From positions 17,484,001-17,548,000 of the forward strand of contig CM120640.1 in NCBI GenBank assembly GCA_051362555.1: a stretch of 64,000 nucleotides of DNA, written 5' to 3'. Origin of the DNA: Lingula anatina (Eukaryota > Animalia > Brachiopoda). Under the pieces are notes generated by a model. The model made no database searches. It had not been told where the DNA came from and saw nothing but the letters and a program-made list of their open reading frames with translations. Positions 60,365-64,000 of this stretch are shown piece after piece. Both the position numbers and the translations under genes were made by a program. Each line of letters begins with the position of its first letter. Within the stretch, counting starts at the first letter, position 1.

Positions 60365-63300
60365 ATTGTACCACCAGCGTTAGCGCTGGCGGTACACATG
60401 GTTTCGGTCTCGTCCGGATCGTTCCGCCGGCTCCGCCGGACGGCTACCGTTACCGCTTCTCCTCCTAGACGGTAAGGCCCCCCATACCCATCTCATGGAT
60501 TTAGGTCACCTATAATCTCAACTCGTTCCACGTAAAATTTGGGCTTTGTCGGTATTGGGGTCTGGGTGTGGCACTCATTGCAATGCACCCTTGTCTAAAA
60601 ATGGCAAAATTAAATGCTAATTATCTACCCTACGGAAGGAGTTATGGGAAAAATTTCTATAGACGGCTTTCCAAAAGTCATATGTGTAGATTTCAAATAT
60701 ACCCTTGGATTTGACCTTTGACCTTTACTTCAAGGTCAAATGGGCCAAAATTTTCAAAAAAATGAAATTTTTTACGAAAAAAAATTTTTTTGCCCTGTTA
60801 TTCAGACACCACACAGACTTAACCAATAATATTATTGGAAAGTGTTACCCTTCAGGTCATCTTTCATCTCCATGAATTTGGGGTCAATCGGTGCATTTTC
60901 ACGGGAGTAGCGGCCATAAGATACCGAAACTGAAAACTGTCTCTAATTCGGGAACCGTTAATGCTAGAGACCCATTCTTTTTTGCATTTTGTAGAGCATG
61001 TAAAGCCCAACACTGGAGGTGGTCTCGGTTTTTTTGTATTCCATACGGTTTTCGAGTTACGCTGTATCAAAAAGTACATATTGGTGGTAAAAGCAAAATG
61101 TGCAGTACGGTAATGGATAATAAATTTTGAACTCTGGAAAAATAAAACATAAGGCTTGGCAAAGCAGACAACTTGTGTTCAAAAATGACATTATTTCATC
61201 AAATTTGAACTTCTGAAACTTCAGAGCACCTCTTATTTCAAGAATTTTGACCAAAATGACATTTTCTTTATTTTAATTAATTTTTTCTGTACGAAATTTA
61301 AGGCACATTATGGTAACTCCAAAATTATAACATTTAGTCCCTTATATCTCCAAAACTGGCAGAGATAGGTCTATAGTTACTATTGAAGTTGAATAGGAAG
61401 TCATATACTGGCAATCTATATGTGACCTTAAAATTGACCTTTGACCTACTTTTCACCATGAACTGAACTTTGCAAATTTTTCTTCCCTTTTATCTCCAAA
61501 ACTGGCAGAGATAGGTCCATAGTTACTATTGAACTTGAATAGGAAGTCATATACTGGCAATCTATATGTGACCTTAAAATTGACCTTTGACCTACTTTTC
61601 ACCATGAACTGAACTTTGCAAATTTTTCTTCCATTTTATCGCCAAAACTGGCAGAGATAGGTCCATAGTTACTATTGAACTTGAATAGGAAGTCATATAC
61701 TGGCAATCTATATGTGACCTTAAAATTGACCTTTGACCTACTTTTCACCATGAACTGAACTTTGCAAATTTTTCTTCCCTTTTATCTCCAAAACTGTCAG
61801 AGATAGGTCCATAGTTACTATTGAACTTGAATAGGAAGTCATATACTGGCAATCTAAATGTGACCTTAAAATTGACCTTTGACCTACTTTTCACCATGAA
61901 TTGAACTTTGCAAATTTTGCTTTCCTTTTATCTCCAAAACTGGCTGAGATAGGTCTGTAGTTACTATTGAACTTGAAGAGGAAGTCATATACTGGCAATC
62001 TAAATGTGACCTTAAAATTGACCTTTGACCTACTTTTCACCATGAACTGAACTTTGCAAATTTTGCTTCCGTTTTATCTCCAAAACTGGCAGAGATAGGT
62101 CCATAGTTACTATTGAACTTGAATAGGAAGTCATATACTGGCAATCTAAATGTGACCTTAAAATTGACCTTTGACCTACTTTTCACCATGAACTGAACTT
62201 TGCAAATTTTGCTTCCCTTTTATCTCCAAAACTGGCAGAGATAGGTCCATAGTTACTATTGAACTTGAATAGGAAGTCATATACTGGCAATATAAATGTG
62301 ACCTTAAAATTGACCTTTGACCTACTTTTCACCATGAACTGAACTTTGCATGTAAAGCCCAATACTGGAGGTGGTCTCGGTTTTTTTTGTATTCCATACG
62401 GTTTTCGAGTTACGCTGTATCAAAAAGTACATATTGGTGGTAAAAGCAAAATGTGCAGTACGGTAATGGATAATAAATTTTGAACTCTGGAAAAATAAAA
62501 CATAAGGCTTGGCAAAGCAGACAACTTGTGTTCAAAAATGACATTATTTCATCAAACTTGAACTTCTGAAACTTCAGAGCACCTCCTATTTCAAGAATTT
62601 TGACCAAAATGACATTTTCTTTATTTTAATTAATTTTTTCTGTTCGAAATTTAAGGCACATTATGGTAACTCCAAAATTATAACATTTAGTCCCTTATAT
62701 CTCCAAAACTGGCAGAGATAGGTCCATAGTTACTATTGAACTTGAATAGGAAGTCATATACTGGCAATCTAAATGTGACCTTAAAATTGACCTTTGACCT
62801 ACTTTTCACCATGAACTGAACTTTGCAAATTTTGCTTTCCTTTTGTCTCCAAAACTGGCAGAGATAGGTCCATAGTTACTATTGAACTTGAATAGGAAGT
62901 CATATACTGGCAATCTAAATGTGACCTTAAAATTGACCTTTGACCTACTTTTCACCATGAACTGAACATTGCAAATTTTGCTTCCCTTTTATCTCCAAAA
63001 CTGGCAGAGATAGGTCCGTAGTTTCTATTGGACTTGAATAGGAAGTCATATACTGGCAATCTTACTGTGACCTTGAAATTGACCTTTGACCTACTTTTCA
63101 CCATGAACTGAACTTTGCAAATTTTGGTTTCCTTTTATCTCCAAAACTGGCTGAGATAGGTCCGTAGTTACTATTGGACTTGAATTGGAAGTCATATACT
63201 GGCAATCTATATGTGACCTTCAAATTGACCTTTGACCTACTTATAATCATGAACTGAACTCTGCTAATTTCTTTCTCTTTTAACTCCAAACCTGGCAGAG

Positions 63301-63598
63301 ATGGGTCCATAGTTACTATTGAAGTTGAATAGGAAGTCATATACTGGCAATTTACTGCGACCTTGAAATTGACCTTTGACCTACCTTACGATGAACTTAA
63401 CTTTGATTGTACCATTTTAAGTTATATATATTTTTTGCGTATTTTGAAAATTCTTGTTGATTGCATTTTTATAGCTTGTCAAGCATAAGACTGGTGGCTG
63501 TGTCCCTTATTTTGTGTATGTGGGGGTCTATACGAATGCGCTTGCTCCAGCTGGTGGTACAATATTCGGAGGCGGTATCGCCTCTCTGATCCTCTAGT
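60365..63598 (+). mobile_element. Helentron/HINE-type element family C, copy 2
   Basis: Near identical to copy 1 at both termini, lacks the nested MITE, and carries 7+5 units of the 146-bp repeat separated by an internal duplication. Confidence 0.88.
61343..63395. repeat. 146-bp satellite array, 7 + 5 copies split by a ~350-bp duplicated flank
   Basis: Units from ~61345 to ~62350 and from ~62697 to ~63395; 62348-62696 repeats 60996-61343. Confidence 0.95.
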
Positions 63599-64000
63599 TT
63601 GTGATGCAATTAAGTGTTTCAATTACTTATTAAAAGCAGCCAGGTGTGACTGGCAGAACAACAACTGATAGATTGGCCTGTTAATATCAGACATTAATGG
63701 CATGTTGTCTAAAATAAGGAATAGAATGGAGAGTGGCTGCCAGCTTGTATATTGTAGAGGTAACAAGTGTGAGAGACAAACACGAGTGTGATGTAAGATC
63801 ATATTTGATTTATAAAGAGACCTGTCTAGAACAGTTACTGTAGGTAAATTCATCAAATATGAGTCTGGAATGCCATAGTAAAATTCACACATGCAGTGGG
63901 TACGTTAGCGAATGAAATTGATGCATTAATGAAATCAGTTTGTTTGGATTGCGCTGCCTGTTGGCAGCTCTGTTTTGAAGAGCAGCGATTCTAATTGACA

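Noticed and set aside
57113-63395. Regular repeat arrays considered as CRISPR-like
   Set aside because: Units are full-length tandem copies with no unique spacers, the context is eukaryotic, and there are no cas genes.

Overview
AT-rich, intron-containing animal genomic DNA (invertebrate-like; no prokaryotic features). There are three minus-strand protein-coding genes. The first is the 5' part of a LATS/Warts Hippo-pathway kinase (coding exons 8189-7803, 2525-2417, 1358-<1). The second is a 4-exon TMEM135-like membrane protein (15823-12848, 398 aa). The third is a complete 16-exon chaperonin subunit CCT2/TCP1-beta (31113-23491, 532 aa). The most notable observation is a second, intact, in-phase and synonymously diverged copy of the CCT2 terminal exon at 20702-20527. 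It predicts two CCT2 isoforms with different C-terminal equatorial segments. The LATS introns and leader appear enriched for TEAD (CATTCC) motifs. From 31.2 kb onward I found no recognisable coding exon. That half carries candidate non-coding + strand exons, a diverged triplication with a conserved hairpin, at least three families of Helentron/HINE-type elements (two with internal 146-, 161- or 337-bp satellite arrays), and MITEs with 2-, 3-, 5-, 6- and 8-bp target-site duplications, several of them nested. All coordinates, counts and family assignments were read by eye without database searches.
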